Origin: Candidatus Latescibacterota bacterium
GTDB lineage: Bacteria > Latescibacterota > UBA2968 > UBA8231
NCBI GenBank assembly: GCA_965248265.1
Contig: CBDFJF010000002.1
Coordinates: 2,048,001 to 2,112,000, forward strand
Length of the DNA stretch: 64,000 nucleotides
Direction: 5' to 3'
Of the stretch, positions 35,951-46,311 are shown one piece after another. Made by a program: the position numbers and the translations under genes. The notes under the pieces were generated by a model. It was not told the origin of the DNA, made no database searches, and was given only the letters and a program-made list of their open reading frames with translations. How positions within the stretch are numbered: the first letter of the stretch is position 1; each line of letters begins with the position of its first letter.

Positions 35951-36946
35951 ATGACCAAGGCCACCATCGACTATCGCGAACACGATCAGCAGATCTGGGA
36001 AGAGGAGCTGGAGGAGTTCGTCCCCGACCGAGTCTTCGATGCTCACTGTCACCTGTTCCAGAGGGCTGACTTTCGCGAGCTGAGCGTATTTGCCAAGGGT
36101 CGCAAGGATGCCGACGTGGCCACGCTCAGGGAGTGGGGGAAGGTCCTGTACCCCGGTCGCACTCACAGCTTCCTCCTGCTGGGAACACCGATCGTCGGTA
36201 TCGATGTCGACGCCCACGTCCGCACGGTTACGGCAGAGCTGAAGGACGAGCCCGACATCCGTCATTTTCGCGTCGTGACCCCAGACTGCCAGCTCGACAA
36301 GATCGAGCAGGATCTGAAGACACCCGGTTTCGTAGGATTGAAACCTTATCGCACGTTTTCGACGACCGGCGACATCGCCCAGTGCCGGATCCACGATTTT
36401 CTGCTGCACGAACAGATGGAGTTGGCCAACGACAAGGGACTGTGGGTGACCATGCACCTGTCGAAGCATCATGGCTGTGCCGACGAGGAGAACTTGGCGG
36501 ATCTGGAGGAGTTCACGAACAGGCGCTATCCGAACATCAAATGGATTCTCGCACACTGCGCGCGCAGCTTTACGTACTGGCCCATACGACAGGCGATCGA
36601 GCGCCTGCGGGACATGCCCAACATCCACTATGATCTGTCGGCAGTGACTGACATGAGACCGCATTTGACCTTATTCAGCAAGGAGAACACGAGCCGCTTG
36701 TTTTACGGGTCGGACGCGGTGGCCGCGGCGTATTTTCACGGTCAGTACCCGGCGCTGGGGCGGGCCTGGCAGTACCTGCAAACAGACAAAAGCGACATCC
36801 AATTCCCGCATTGCGATGGCAGGCCGATTCTGAGTGTCTACGAGCAGCTGCTGTCGATGAAACACGCGGCCGAAATCGCCGGTCTGTCGCAGGAGCAGAT
36901 CGAGGGAATTTTCTGGAATAATGCGATAACTGCGTTGGGTATCTGA
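35951..36946 (+). CDS. Amidohydrolase family protein
   Basis: FDAHCH, GLKPY, WILAHC, LFYGSD, IFWNNA. Confidence 0.87.
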   Translation: MTKATIDYREHDQQIWEEELEEFVPDRVFDAHCHLFQRADFRELSVFAKGRKDADVATLREWGKVLYPGRTHSFLLLGTPIVGIDVDAHVRTVTAELKDEPDIRHFRVVTPDCQLDKIEQDLKTPGFVGLKPYRTFSTTGDIAQCRIHDFLLHEQMELANDKGLWVTMHLSKHHGCADEENLADLEEFTNRRYPNIKWILAHCARSFTYWPIRQAIERLRDMPNIHYDLSAVTDMRPHLTLFSKENTSRLFYGSDAVAAAYFHGQYPALGRAWQYLQTDKSDIQFPHCDGRPILSVYEQLLSMKHAAEIAGLSQEQIEGIFWNNAITALGI

Positions 36947-36972
36947 ACCTTACTGAGTGGAGAGACAAGACG

Positions 36973-37635
36973 ATGAGTGACTACAAGCTCCGGCTGATCG
37001 AAGACAATCTGGCCGCGGGAGGTCAGATTTCGCTGCCCGGGTTAGCCGGTTACCGAGTCATCTATGCGGCGCGTGGCAGCGTGGCAATCGAGACCGGGAG
37101 TAGGGCTGAGACTCTGGCCGAGAACAGCGCCCGTTTCGACGCATCTGCATGCTCGGCGCAATCCGACGATTCGTCGACGCTGTGGAGGTGGGAGTTGGTG
37201 AAGCGATCGGAGGACGACTGGCCCGGCGATTCGCAGTCCAACCTCAAGGCCTCCCACGAACTGGAGCTCGATCCGCCACAGGGGGAATTCATGATGCGCT
37301 GCGACCGGGTCGATTTTCCGCTGGGTGGGATCGCCTACACGCACATCCACTCGGGTCCCGGGCTGCGATGCCTGTTGCGTGGGGAACTCAGCGTTGTGTT
37401 CAATGAAGGGGAAGAGGAGACTCTGGTGGAGCCGGGAGGCACCTGGTTCGAACGGGGTCCGGATCCCATCTATGCCCAAGCCTCGGAGACCGACCTAACC
37501 AGCTTCGTGCGCAGCATGGTGTTGCCGCGTGAATACAAGGGCCGGACGTCGATTACCTACGTCAAGGACGAAGACGCTGATAAGCCTAAGCCGCAGGAAT
37601 ACACGCGCTTCGTGGATGAATTTGTAGACTTGTGA
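36973..37635 (+). CDS. Cupin-like protein
   Basis: HIHSGPGLRCLLRGE...WFERGPDP cupin-type motif. Confidence 0.7.
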   Translation: MSDYKLRLIEDNLAAGGQISLPGLAGYRVIYAARGSVAIETGSRAETLAENSARFDASACSAQSDDSSTLWRWELVKRSEDDWPGDSQSNLKASHELELDPPQGEFMMRCDRVDFPLGGIAYTHIHSGPGLRCLLRGELSVVFNEGEEETLVEPGGTWFERGPDPIYAQASETDLTSFVRSMVLPREYKGRTSITYVKDEDADKPKPQEYTRFVDEFVDL

Positions 37636-37668
37636 TGCCGGCGCTTCGTCACCGGCATCACAAGTCTA
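37625..37668. terminator. 17-bp perfect hairpin between convergent genes (probable bidirectional terminator)
   Basis: TAGACTTGTGATGCCGG-cgcttcgtca-CCGGCATCACAAGTCTA. Confidence 0.7.
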
Positions 37669-37671
37669 ACG

Positions 37672-37857
37672 TTACTTATCGGCCGCCAGTGTGCCTCCCA
37701 CGGCCCAGTTCTCCTTGTCCACATCCTCGATGACGACATAGACGAATTCCGGTTTGGCGTTGCAGATTGATGCGACCGAGTCGGTGATCGATTTTGCCAG
37801 CTCTCGCTTCTGCTCGGTCGAACGACCTGACAGCATTTTGACCTCTACGTATGGCAT
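37672..37857 (-). CDS. 4-oxalocrotonate tautomerase family protein
   Basis: 61 aa, Pro-1 after Met, GRSTEQKREL, VVIEDVDKENWAVGG. GGAGG RBS. Confidence 0.93.
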   Translation of the reverse strand: MPYVEVKMLSGRSTEQKRELAKSITDSVASICNAKPEFVYVVIEDVDKENWAVGGTLAADK

Positions 37858-38058
37858 TGTGGCCTCCTGCGTAGGTGTTGGTTGGGTTTTTCGTTTGCAA
37901 CGACGCTTATCGTACGCGCAAACGCCCTGCGTCGGCAAGTTCCCTCGCAACGGCCAATGATAGGACAACGACCCTCAGGTGATGGACGGCATATGCTGGA
38001 AGCACGAATCCGCATATGTTCATGTGTTCAGCGCGGTTGAATAGGGGAGAATATTTGA

Positions 38059-38916
38059 ATGGTTGATATCAGCTACAGCACATCTGGATTCTCTGATCGC
38101 GATTTCGAGAGTGCCCTCGACGGCGTTGCCGCTGCCGGGTTCTCGAACGTTGAGATCCTGGGGATGGCACCCCATCTAGACGCCCCCCCTGAAGGTCAGG
38201 AACTGGAATCATTCAAGACGCGCCTGGGCGACCGCGGGATCACCGGGTGCACGGTGCATGCACCGATGAGAGAGAATGTTCTCGGTGCCCCGGACGAGGC
38301 CTGGAGAGTCGAAAAGGTCGGCGTCCTCACCACCTACCTGCGCTTCGCCGGAGCGATCAGCGCTCGCGGTCTGATCATCCATCCGGTGCCCAATCCGATC
38401 TTCGTCGACGAACCGAGGCGACCGGAGTTGCCTCTGATCATGGCCGACGCGGCGCGGCGATCCCTCGACGACCTGGTGCCAGTAGCTCAAGAGGCCGGTG
38501 CGCGCATGCTTCTGGAGAATCTCCCTTACGCCAGGCAGTACGACTGCCAGTACCCACTGTTGAAGATGGATGAACTGCGAAGCCTGGTGGACGATTACCC
38601 GGAAGAGGCTCTCGGTTTGGTCGTCGACACCGGTCACGCCTGGACCTCCCTAATCGAGCCTGCCAGTGAGATCAGGACCGCCGGCTCCCGCCTGGGTGGC
38701 ACTCATCTGCAGGATGTCGACTACGACGATCCCCAGGACAATCACTGGGCGCCGACCCACGGCGGTCTGGATTGGGCAGCCATCCGTGGCGCACTGGGCG
38801 AGGTGGGGTACGATGGCCACTGGACCTACGAGGTGATAAAACCGCGGCATGACGAAACGCCCGAGGCCCTGGCCACAGCGACCAGAGAGGCCGTGGACGG
38901 CTGGGGACTTGAGTAG
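38059..38916 (+). CDS. Sugar phosphate isomerase/epimerase (xylose-isomerase-like TIM barrel)
   Basis: LLENL, VDTGHA, HLQD, HWAPTHGGLDW, GYDGHWTYE. Confidence 0.9.
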   Translation: MVDISYSTSGFSDRDFESALDGVAAAGFSNVEILGMAPHLDAPPEGQELESFKTRLGDRGITGCTVHAPMRENVLGAPDEAWRVEKVGVLTTYLRFAGAISARGLIIHPVPNPIFVDEPRRPELPLIMADAARRSLDDLVPVAQEAGARMLLENLPYARQYDCQYPLLKMDELRSLVDDYPEEALGLVVDTGHAWTSLIEPASEIRTAGSRLGGTHLQDVDYDDPQDNHWAPTHGGLDWAAIRGALGEVGYDGHWTYEVIKPRHDETPEALATATREAVDGWGLE

Positions 38917-38928
38917 GACGATCGGTTG

Positions 38929-38996
38929 ACAATCGGAGAAACCATGATTGAGGGCCTGCAGGCGAAACAATTGGAGAAATCATGATTGAGGGCCTG
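38929..38996 (+). repeat. 30-bp tandem duplication of RBS and first codons
   Basis: ACAAT(C/T)GGAGAAA(C/T)CATGATTGAGGGCCTG at 38929 and 38967. Confidence 0.9.
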
Positions 38997-39599
38997 GAGA
39001 AAAAAGGGACGGTCAGGTGGTCGGGTGAGCACTGGATCAGTTATCTGCGCAGACCGGGTGAAGACGCCAACACCGGCATGGTCAGTCTCTACAACATGCG
39101 CTACACCGAAGCCGGCCACGGTTTCGTCGCGTTCGTGGTCATCCACGAAGGCGGGGGTGACGGGTCCAAGGACAATAGCTTCAAGGGATTGTGCACGACC
39201 AATCGAGCAGTCGCCGATTTCATGGTCAAGGAGGCCACTCGCCACGCAAGTCATCCGCCCTACGATGAAGTGTTGCCCGTCATAGATGCCACCTTCACCC
39301 AGGGCGGGCACGTGGCCCGCGACCCGTCGTGGACGATCTCCACGGGAGAGCACGAGATCGTGGCGACGTGGAGCCAGATTCAACCCGTCATCATCGCCGC
39401 CGGCCCCTGGCCAGCTGCTCCCTGCAACTACGTCCACTCGCTCCTACACTTCACCGATGAATCATCCATCCAACTGGATAGCCGTGCGATCGAGGGCAAG
39501 CCCTATTCGCGCGATATCTGGAGGCCGACGATCGGTGGCGATCGCAGCTCCTGCGTTTTCGCCATCTCCGAGAGTCTGATGACGGTTGAGTCACCGTGA
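38982..39599 (+). CDS. Hypothetical protein
   Basis: GGAG RBS. GTGA overlap with the next gene. A paralogous fragment lies at 55970. Confidence 0.75.
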   Translation: MIEGLEKKGTVRWSGEHWISYLRRPGEDANTGMVSLYNMRYTEAGHGFVAFVVIHEGGGDGSKDNSFKGLCTTNRAVADFMVKEATRHASHPPYDEVLPVIDATFTQGGHVARDPSWTISTGEHEIVATWSQIQPVIIAAGPWPAAPCNYVHSLLHFTDESSIQLDSRAIEGKPYSRDIWRPTIGGDRSSCVFAISESLMTVESP

Positions 39600-41503
39600 C
39601 AACTACCATCCAGGCACTGAATCTGCAGGCTCCCCCTCCATGGGCACTGATGCAGCGGGAGCTGATCCGTTTCATGGAGGAGGCCACGGAGTACGCGACG
39701 CAGAAATACGACAGACCGGATGGAGTGCCGCTCAATGTCCAGGATGCCGATGACGCCTACGAGGCCCACTCCTATCGAGGCCTGTTCTACGCCATCGGCG
39801 GCAGTGATCGAATCGGCGAACTGGCTTTTTCCCAGTGGAATGGGGTCACCCGTCTGTACGACGACGGCGCCGAAGCTCCGTACGGTGCGGGCGATCATCC
39901 CAAGCACACTGCCGAACTGCACAACGAGTACTACAAGCACGACGACTGGTTCCACATGGGGGAGGGCAACCAGTCCTTCTACAGTCTGGGCCTCGTTGAT
40001 CCGAGTCGACAGGATACCATCGATCGTGCCCGCCGGTTCGCGGATCTGTACTTGGGTGATAATCCGGAAACACCAAACTACGACGTCAATCACAGAGTGA
40101 TCAGATCCCCTTTTCATGGCAGTGCGGGGCCGGAATTCCACCGGGGCGTCGAATTCGTGAAGACGGCGCTGGATCCCATCTACTATCCGGGTGGAGTCGC
40201 TCGCGGCCATGCCCAGAGGTCGAGCCTGCATCCGCTGATTGCGGACCTGGAGGACACCTGGTTTGAGGACGAGAATCGCAGGGAGGAGGTCTGCGGCCTC
40301 TTCGACGAGGTCGTCCTGCACGCCGATATCCCCGACAACCTGTCTTGCACGGCGCTGATGACGAATGCCTACCTCCACACCGGAGAGGACAAGTACCGGC
40401 AGTGGGTGCTCGACTACACTGAGGCCTGGTTGGAGCGCACGCGCGCCAACGGTGGCATCATTCCCGACAACGTCGGTCCGAGCGGCGTCACCGGAGAACG
40501 CCGCAATGGCCAGTGGTGGGGCGGATGGTACGGCTGGAACAGCCGCAACTCGGCGCGAAACGCCTTTCTGGCCTCCACCATCGCGTCCGAGTGCTGCGTC
40601 CTGCTCACGGGCGATTTCGGCTATCTGGAATTGATTCGCTCGCAGATCGAGTTGTTGTTGCGCATGGCCAAGACCCGTGAAGATGGCCAGTTGCTCGTGC
40701 CTACCCGCGTGATGCCGGGAGATGAGTGGGTCGACTACCAACCGATGCATCTGCAGTGGCTCGGCCGGCTCTACCACACCTCCATGGATCAGCGTGACCG
40801 CGATTTGATTCTGCAGGTGCGCGATGGAGAACGGGACAGCGATTGGAACGCACTGGACATCGCCGCCGATCGCAGTGGCGGAAACCTGGAAGCTCGTTTC
40901 CAGTACTACGAAGGCGACTATCCCGAGTGGCCGCTCGAGCGGCTGCAGTCGGAGTACAAATACGTTTCCGCCATGTTCGAGAGCATGCGTCTGGACGATC
41001 GCGACGAGGCCACCATCATCGAAGAGAGCCGATGGCCACCCAATCCGGTGGTCGTGAAGGGGCTGACCCAGGTGACGATGGGCTCACCGCAACCGGTTTA
41101 TAATGGTGGACTGCTTCGAGGGCAGGTGCGCTATTTCGACGCCGAACGCCGACGTCCCGGATTACCCGAGGACGTGGCCGCGCTCGTGAATGAAGTTGCC
41201 GCCGAAGGTGTCGGCATCGAGCTGGTTAACCTGAACCCCTCACAGCTAAGGATGGTAACCGTTCAGGCAGGGGCCTACGGTGAGCACGAGTTCACCGAGG
41301 TCAAGCACGAGGTGGAAAGCCGCGACGGACTGGAGCGTCATGCCGGACTCTGGTTGAATAGCGAGCGTTCGTGGTCGCAACAGACAGTCCCGGTCGGGGG
41401 CCGTCATTTCACCATCACGTTGCCCCCATCGACGAGCATCCGGTTGCGATGTGGTATGCGGCGCTTCCAAAACCGGCCGACCTACGCTTTGCCATGGGGA
41501 TGA
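39596..41503 (+). CDS. Conserved hypothetical protein (possibly an alpha/alpha-barrel enzyme)
   Basis: 635-aa ORF with host-like codon use and Trp/Asp/His-rich motifs (DDWFHMGEG, NGGIIPDNVG, QWWGGWYGW). Fold is a guess. Confidence 0.75.
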   Translation: MTTTIQALNLQAPPPWALMQRELIRFMEEATEYATQKYDRPDGVPLNVQDADDAYEAHSYRGLFYAIGGSDRIGELAFSQWNGVTRLYDDGAEAPYGAGDHPKHTAELHNEYYKHDDWFHMGEGNQSFYSLGLVDPSRQDTIDRARRFADLYLGDNPETPNYDVNHRVIRSPFHGSAGPEFHRGVEFVKTALDPIYYPGGVARGHAQRSSLHPLIADLEDTWFEDENRREEVCGLFDEVVLHADIPDNLSCTALMTNAYLHTGEDKYRQWVLDYTEAWLERTRANGGIIPDNVGPSGVTGERRNGQWWGGWYGWNSRNSARNAFLASTIASECCVLLTGDFGYLELIRSQIELLLRMAKTREDGQLLVPTRVMPGDEWVDYQPMHLQWLGRLYHTSMDQRDRDLILQVRDGERDSDWNALDIAADRSGGNLEARFQYYEGDYPEWPLERLQSEYKYVSAMFESMRLDDRDEATIIEESRWPPNPVVVKGLTQVTMGSPQPVYNGGLLRGQVRYFDAERRRPGLPEDVAALVNEVAAEGVGIELVNLNPSQLRMVTVQAGAYGEHEFTEVKHEVESRDGLERHAGLWLNSERSWSQQTVPVGGRHFTITLPPSTSIRLRCGMRRFQNRPTYALPWG

Positions 41504-41637
41504 GTACCCGATCGCATCCCTGACGTGACTGAGGGCGAAAAGTTCACTCTCAGGTATTATGTGCTTTCTTGGCCGTGCGTTAGGGGTCGTCCGTTGACCC
41601 CGACGCCGGTATTTTCACGAACGAAGAGAGCTATGTC

Positions 41638-43314
41638 ATGTACAAACTCTCAGCATCTCATCGGAACGTAGCTGTCGCACTCGTGCTTGCCACCTCGTTC
41701 CTGGCCGGCTGTGGTCCTGACTCTGCCGTCCTGGCCAGGGTTGGCGACTCCGAGATCACGGAGATGGAGCTGGTGGAATTCGTCGATCGGCTACCCGAGC
41801 ATGTACGCAGTAAAGGACTGGGCATCGAAGCCGATCGCGAGCATCTCAACTCCATGATCGATCGTGAACTGCTCTTCCTCGAAGCCAGATCCCGCGGCCT
41901 GCACACCAGTGCCGTCGTCACCCGGCAAATAGGGAACGCCGAGGGGAAGCGCCTTATCGAGCGCTACTACCGGGAGGTCATCGCTCCCAGAGTGGAGATT
42001 CTTCCCGAAGACATTGAACGCGCGTTCCACAGCGTTGGATTCGATCGGGAACGGCTGCTGAATCGTATCGTGGTGAGAGGGGACGAGCGCGACGCCCGGG
42101 CGGTATTCGAGCAGCTCGAAGCCGGAAAAGCCTTCACGGACCTGGCCCGAGAGTATGCCGACAACGACCGCAACGCGGATGAGATTGGGAGGGTCGGCTG
42201 GATTGGATTGACCGGGCTCAAGAGGCTCTCGGTTACGCAACGTGAGTTCATGTCTCTCCAGATCGGGGAACCGAAGCTCATTCGCGTGGCGCCCGGGTCT
42301 TGGCAGATCATCCGGTTCGAGGAAGACCGGGAATCCCAGATCTCGAATTACGAGGACGATCTTCGCAAGATCGTCGGCAAGGAGCAATATTGGCGCCGTA
42401 CCGAAGAGCAGGCCGAGCTCCTCAACCGGGACCACGGCACGCGCTACCATCCGGAAGCGGTCCAGGTATTGGTCAAACGCTATGAGGAACGCCGGAACGA
42501 GTTGTACGAGGCGGAGAAGGCTCAGCCGCTTTACACCTTCGCGACTGGAGACACGATAACGGCGGGTGACTTCGTGACTCGGGTTCGAGAGCAACGGGGA
42601 ACCTCCGCAGTGGAGGACAGCGCGGCGAACGTCAGAATAGCCAAGGACGCTCTCCTTCACCCCTATCTGTTCGAACACGAAGCTCGCAAACGCGGCTGGC
42701 ACGAGGAGGAGGGTTTCGTCACATGGCGCGCCCACACCTTCGACGGCCTGTTGCTGGACTATCTGATGCAGACGGAGGTGGAGGACCACCTTTCCTTCTC
42801 GGAAGATGAGTTGAGGGCTTACTACGAGGGTAACCGTGAGGATTTCCACGTCGACGAAAGGGTCCGCATCGAGGAAGTGCACGCGCAGGACGAGGCCACC
42901 GCCCGGCAGTTTCGCGACGATATAGCGGGAGGCACCACGTTCACCGAAATCCTGCAACGTCCCGGTGCGGCCTCTTTCGGTAAACACCGGTTGGGAGGTA
43001 GGATTACCTTGCATCCTCATCAGGTGAGGAGCTTTCCGGTGTTGGTCGAGGCTGCCTTCGCCGCCCGCGAGGGCGAGTTGATCGGTCCGGTTCGCTTGGA
43101 GGAGCAGAACGCTTACGCCATTCTCCGGGTACTCGAGCGGAAGGAGTATCGCATCAGGCCTTTCGAAGAGGCGCGGAAGGCGGTTGAACAACATGTGCGT
43201 GTCACACGTAAAGATAAGCTGGTCTCAGCCTTCATTCAGTCGTTGCGGGACAAGTACGAGGGCCAGGTCGCCATCTTCGACGACCGCCTCGAGCAGCGGC
43301 ACACGGATCAGTAA
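41638..43314 (+). CDS. PpiC/parvulin-type peptidyl-prolyl isomerase, SurA/PrsA-like lipoprotein
   Basis: Lipobox LAGC, VLARVGDSEIT, AFTDLAREYAD...GRVGWI, second rotamase-like domain. Confidence 0.82.
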   Translation: MYKLSASHRNVAVALVLATSFLAGCGPDSAVLARVGDSEITEMELVEFVDRLPEHVRSKGLGIEADREHLNSMIDRELLFLEARSRGLHTSAVVTRQIGNAEGKRLIERYYREVIAPRVEILPEDIERAFHSVGFDRERLLNRIVVRGDERDARAVFEQLEAGKAFTDLAREYADNDRNADEIGRVGWIGLTGLKRLSVTQREFMSLQIGEPKLIRVAPGSWQIIRFEEDRESQISNYEDDLRKIVGKEQYWRRTEEQAELLNRDHGTRYHPEAVQVLVKRYEERRNELYEAEKAQPLYTFATGDTITAGDFVTRVREQRGTSAVEDSAANVRIAKDALLHPYLFEHEARKRGWHEEEGFVTWRAHTFDGLLLDYLMQTEVEDHLSFSEDELRAYYEGNREDFHVDERVRIEEVHAQDEATARQFRDDIAGGTTFTEILQRPGAASFGKHRLGGRITLHPHQVRSFPVLVEAAFAAREGELIGPVRLEEQNAYAILRVLERKEYRIRPFEEARKAVEQHVRVTRKDKLVSAFIQSLRDKYEGQVAIFDDRLEQRHTDQ

Positions 43315-43377
43315 CAGGGAGCTTGCTGTCGCGGCGGAGGCGGTCAGGCGCTCGAAGGGTCGGGGAGGATCGCCACC

Positions 43378-44514
43378 TCACCGCAGCTGCTCGAGGAGGA
43401 TCTGCTCTAAGGTCTCGCGCCAGATCCGGTTGCCGGCGTCGTTGAGATGGCAGTGATCGCGGAACAGGGTCTCGCCGGGGACGCCGTGAGGTTCGCGCGC
43501 GACGACGGCCCGCTCCACGTCCGCCAGCGGGATGCCGTGCGCGGCCGCCAGGGAGCGGATGATCTCGTTCTCGAGGTCGGAACTCTGATGCCGTCCGGGG
43601 GTCTCCCGCAGGATCTTGCGTCCGAGGTCGGCCCCTTCGGCCATCCTCCCCGACCGGTACAGCCTTGCCACCTGCTGATACTCCCTCCAGGCCGCCTCGG
43701 GCAGGTACGGCTTGATGAGATTCGAGGGTACCGTGCCGATGACGCTCAGGACCCCCGCTCGCCGGCACAGGTCCAGCATGAGGGTCAAGTTGCGGCGGTA
43801 GCTCTCCATCCGCTCAGCGACGTCGGCGAGGGTGAAGTCGTAGCGCCAGGCTCGGGCGTGAGCGGCAACCGTGGTCGGCTCCAGTCCTGCGAGGATGCGC
43901 CGGTTGTGCTCCCAGCGCAACACCCCGACGCGGACCTGGAGAATCCAGTCCCGCAGCCGCCGCACCAGGGCAGATCGAGCCAGCAAGCGTTGCAGGTCGG
44001 CGCCATCCGCATCCGCCAGCTGGAGTTGCTCGACCTCCTCGAACTCGTTGTGCCCGGAGTAGAGAAGGACGGCGTCGACGTCGTATTCGAGGAGCTCGGC
44101 GAGCACGGCGACGAGGCGGTGCGTGCCGTAGGCGCGGCCTCCGCCGTTGAGGATCTCAACCCGGTCGTAGCGGTCGGCCAGCTCCTGCCCGAGCCGTTCG
44201 GCCAGGGTGGCGAATTCCGGCTGCAGGTGGAAGACGGAGGATCCGCCCACCGCGGCCAGCCGCAGGGTTCGAGGCGGCTTGGCGGCCCGGAAAGTTTGAC
44301 GGCAGAAGGTGGTGACCTTGGCCGGGTTCGTGACCCGCAGGCTCGTGTCGAGGGGAGAAACCGTGAACAAGCGAGACCCGGGGTCGAACCCCAGGCCGTA
44401 GTCCACGGCGCGCGTCGGGAAGGGGATCTCGGCGAGGCGCGCGGCGAGCTCGAGGGTCGACAGGGACGCCGTTACGGCGATGACGGCGAAGAGGATCTCC
44501 CTGCGGCGGTTCAC
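43378..44514 (-). CDS. Membrane-anchored SGNH/GDSL-like protein
   Basis: N-terminal TM, VGGSS, YSGHNE, FRDHCHLNDAG. Start GTG overlaps the upstream TGA. Confidence 0.8.
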   Translation of the reverse strand: MNRRREILFAVIAVTASLSTLELAARLAEIPFPTRAVDYGLGFDPGSRLFTVSPLDTSLRVTNPAKVTTFCRQTFRAAKPPRTLRLAAVGGSSVFHLQPEFATLAERLGQELADRYDRVEILNGGGRAYGTHRLVAVLAELLEYDVDAVLLYSGHNEFEEVEQLQLADADGADLQRLLARSALVRRLRDWILQVRVGVLRWEHNRRILAGLEPTTVAAHARAWRYDFTLADVAERMESYRRNLTLMLDLCRRAGVLSVIGTVPSNLIKPYLPEAAWREYQQVARLYRSGRMAEGADLGRKILRETPGRHQSSDLENEIIRSLAAAHGIPLADVERAVVAREPHGVPGETLFRDHCHLNDAGNRIWRETLEQILLEQLR

Positions 44515-44850
44515 GGTCCGGGGGGCTCGAACAGCGCGTCGGGGAATCCCACGCCGAAGCGGATGTCCCGCATCAGCTCCTCCGTCCAGTCCGTGTCCGG
44601 TCGGTCTGACCCTGCCAGTCGGACGCCGTCGGCCACACGGTCGCTCAAACGCTCGTAGATCATTCCCGGATTGAGCAGCTTGTGCATCATCGCGAACCAG
44701 AATAAGTTGGTCTTGAGCAGGAGTCGGCGCGGTGCAACAGGGCGGCATCCGTCACCGGTTCGCCGTCCAGGGTCGCCCACGAGGCGGCGCCGTCGTAGCC
44801 CTGGATGAGCTCGACTTCGGTGAAGATAGCAACTTTCGACAGGTGGGTCC
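44511..44850 (-). pseudogene. Frameshifted, truncated remnant of a DUF6503-like secreted protein
   Basis: IQGYDGAASWATLDGEPVTDAALLHRA in one frame continues as LLKTNLFWFAMMHKLLNPGMIYERL...FPDALFEPP in another. Family name is from memory. Confidence 0.55.
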
Positions 44851-45111
44851 CGATGGCTCTTCGCTCCTGCCTCGCTGCCGCGACCTCCTTGTGGCAGACC
44901 GTCCGGGAGGGTATCTGGGCGGGGGGACCGATGGCCCTGGCGCAGACGTGGACCGGAGGCCGGAAAGGAGCATCAGGGGAATGGGAACTTTTCACGGACA
45001 GCGAATAGACCTCTGCTTAACGTAAGGGTGAGTGGACGCACGGGCCTGGTCGAGGTGAACGCTGATGAGGCATCCCGCTCCCATCCTGCTGGTTTCTACC
45101 GGAGGTCTGCT

Positions 45112-46311
45112 ATGATCTTCAAACTCATCACCGCGATGCTGCTGACGGGTGTCGCCCTCTACTCCTGCGGCAGCGACGAAACGCCGTTCCAATCCGGCGG
45201 AGAGAATGATGATCCGTCGGACGGGGGAGGTGGAGCTCCTCTCTCCGGATTTGACATCCCGGCCGAGCTCTCCCAGTGGGCAGGCGACAACCCCTTCGAG
45301 GGGAGCGGGTACACCATCAGGGGCTTCCCCGAGTACCTCGTCACCATCGGGGGTCCCGCCAAGGACGGGATCCCGGCGCTCAACAATCCCCCCTTCGTCG
45401 CGCCCGAGGAGGTCAGCTACGTGCAGGACGACCACCTGGTTCTGGGACTGGTCGTCGACGGAGTCGCCCGCGCCTATCCCCACAACATCGGCTGGTGGCA
45501 CGAGATCGTTAACGACGAGATCGCCGGGCACTTCGTCTCCGTCACTTTCTGTCCCCTGACCGGGACGGGTCTGGCCTTCGAAGTGCCGGACCGCGGGCAC
45601 TTCGAGCTGGGCGTGTCGGGTCTCCTCTACAACAGCAACCTGATCATGTACGACCGCCGCGACGGCAAGAGCCTGTACCCGCAGATGTATTTCACCGTGT
45701 TCCAGGGCTCCCGCAGAGGGGAGTCCCTCAGACTCCTGCCGATAACGGAGACGACCCTGGGAACCTGGAAGAGGCTCCATCCGGATACCGAGGTCATCGC
45801 CCTCGGCAGTGGCACCTTCGACGAGTCCCTATATGCCAAGTACCCCTACGGCAGCTACCGGACCAATAACCGCCTCAATTCCCGCATAGACCCCGTAATG
45901 AGGAGGAACAGCAACCCGCATGCCGGCGACCATGGGTGGAAGGAACTCACCCTGGGGGTGCGTCTGAACGGCGAGCCGAAGGCCTACGTCTTCGAAGACC
46001 TGGGGGAGCGCATCGCCATCAACGACCATCTCGGCGGCGAGGACATCCTCGTCGTCTGGGACCGGGACAGCCAGCTGGCGCTGCCCTACTGGCGCCAGGT
46101 GGACGGCCGGAGCTTGACCTTCACCCTCGACCCCGACGTGGGATTCCCGTTTTCCCTCGTCGACGAGGAGACCGGCAGCCGCTGGGACATTCTTGGCGTC
46201 GCCACCGAAGGACCCCTGGCGGGCCACCGCCTGGTTCAGATTCCGGCCTACAACAGCTTCTGGTTCGCCTGGGTCACCTTCTGGCTGGAAACGGACAAAT
46301 GGACACCGTGA
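45112..46311 (+). CDS. DUF3179-domain lipoprotein
   Basis: GGAGG RBS, lipobox LYSC, GGPAKDGIPAL, ARAYP...WHEIVND, VTFCPLTGTG, GVSGLLYNSNLIMYDR, FWFAW. Confidence 0.9.
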   Translation: MIFKLITAMLLTGVALYSCGSDETPFQSGGENDDPSDGGGGAPLSGFDIPAELSQWAGDNPFEGSGYTIRGFPEYLVTIGGPAKDGIPALNNPPFVAPEEVSYVQDDHLVLGLVVDGVARAYPHNIGWWHEIVNDEIAGHFVSVTFCPLTGTGLAFEVPDRGHFELGVSGLLYNSNLIMYDRRDGKSLYPQMYFTVFQGSRRGESLRLLPITETTLGTWKRLHPDTEVIALGSGTFDESLYAKYPYGSYRTNNRLNSRIDPVMRRNSNPHAGDHGWKELTLGVRLNGEPKAYVFEDLGERIAINDHLGGEDILVVWDRDSQLALPYWRQVDGRSLTFTLDPDVGFPFSLVDEETGSRWDILGVATEGPLAGHRLVQIPAYNSFWFAWVTFWLETDKWTP

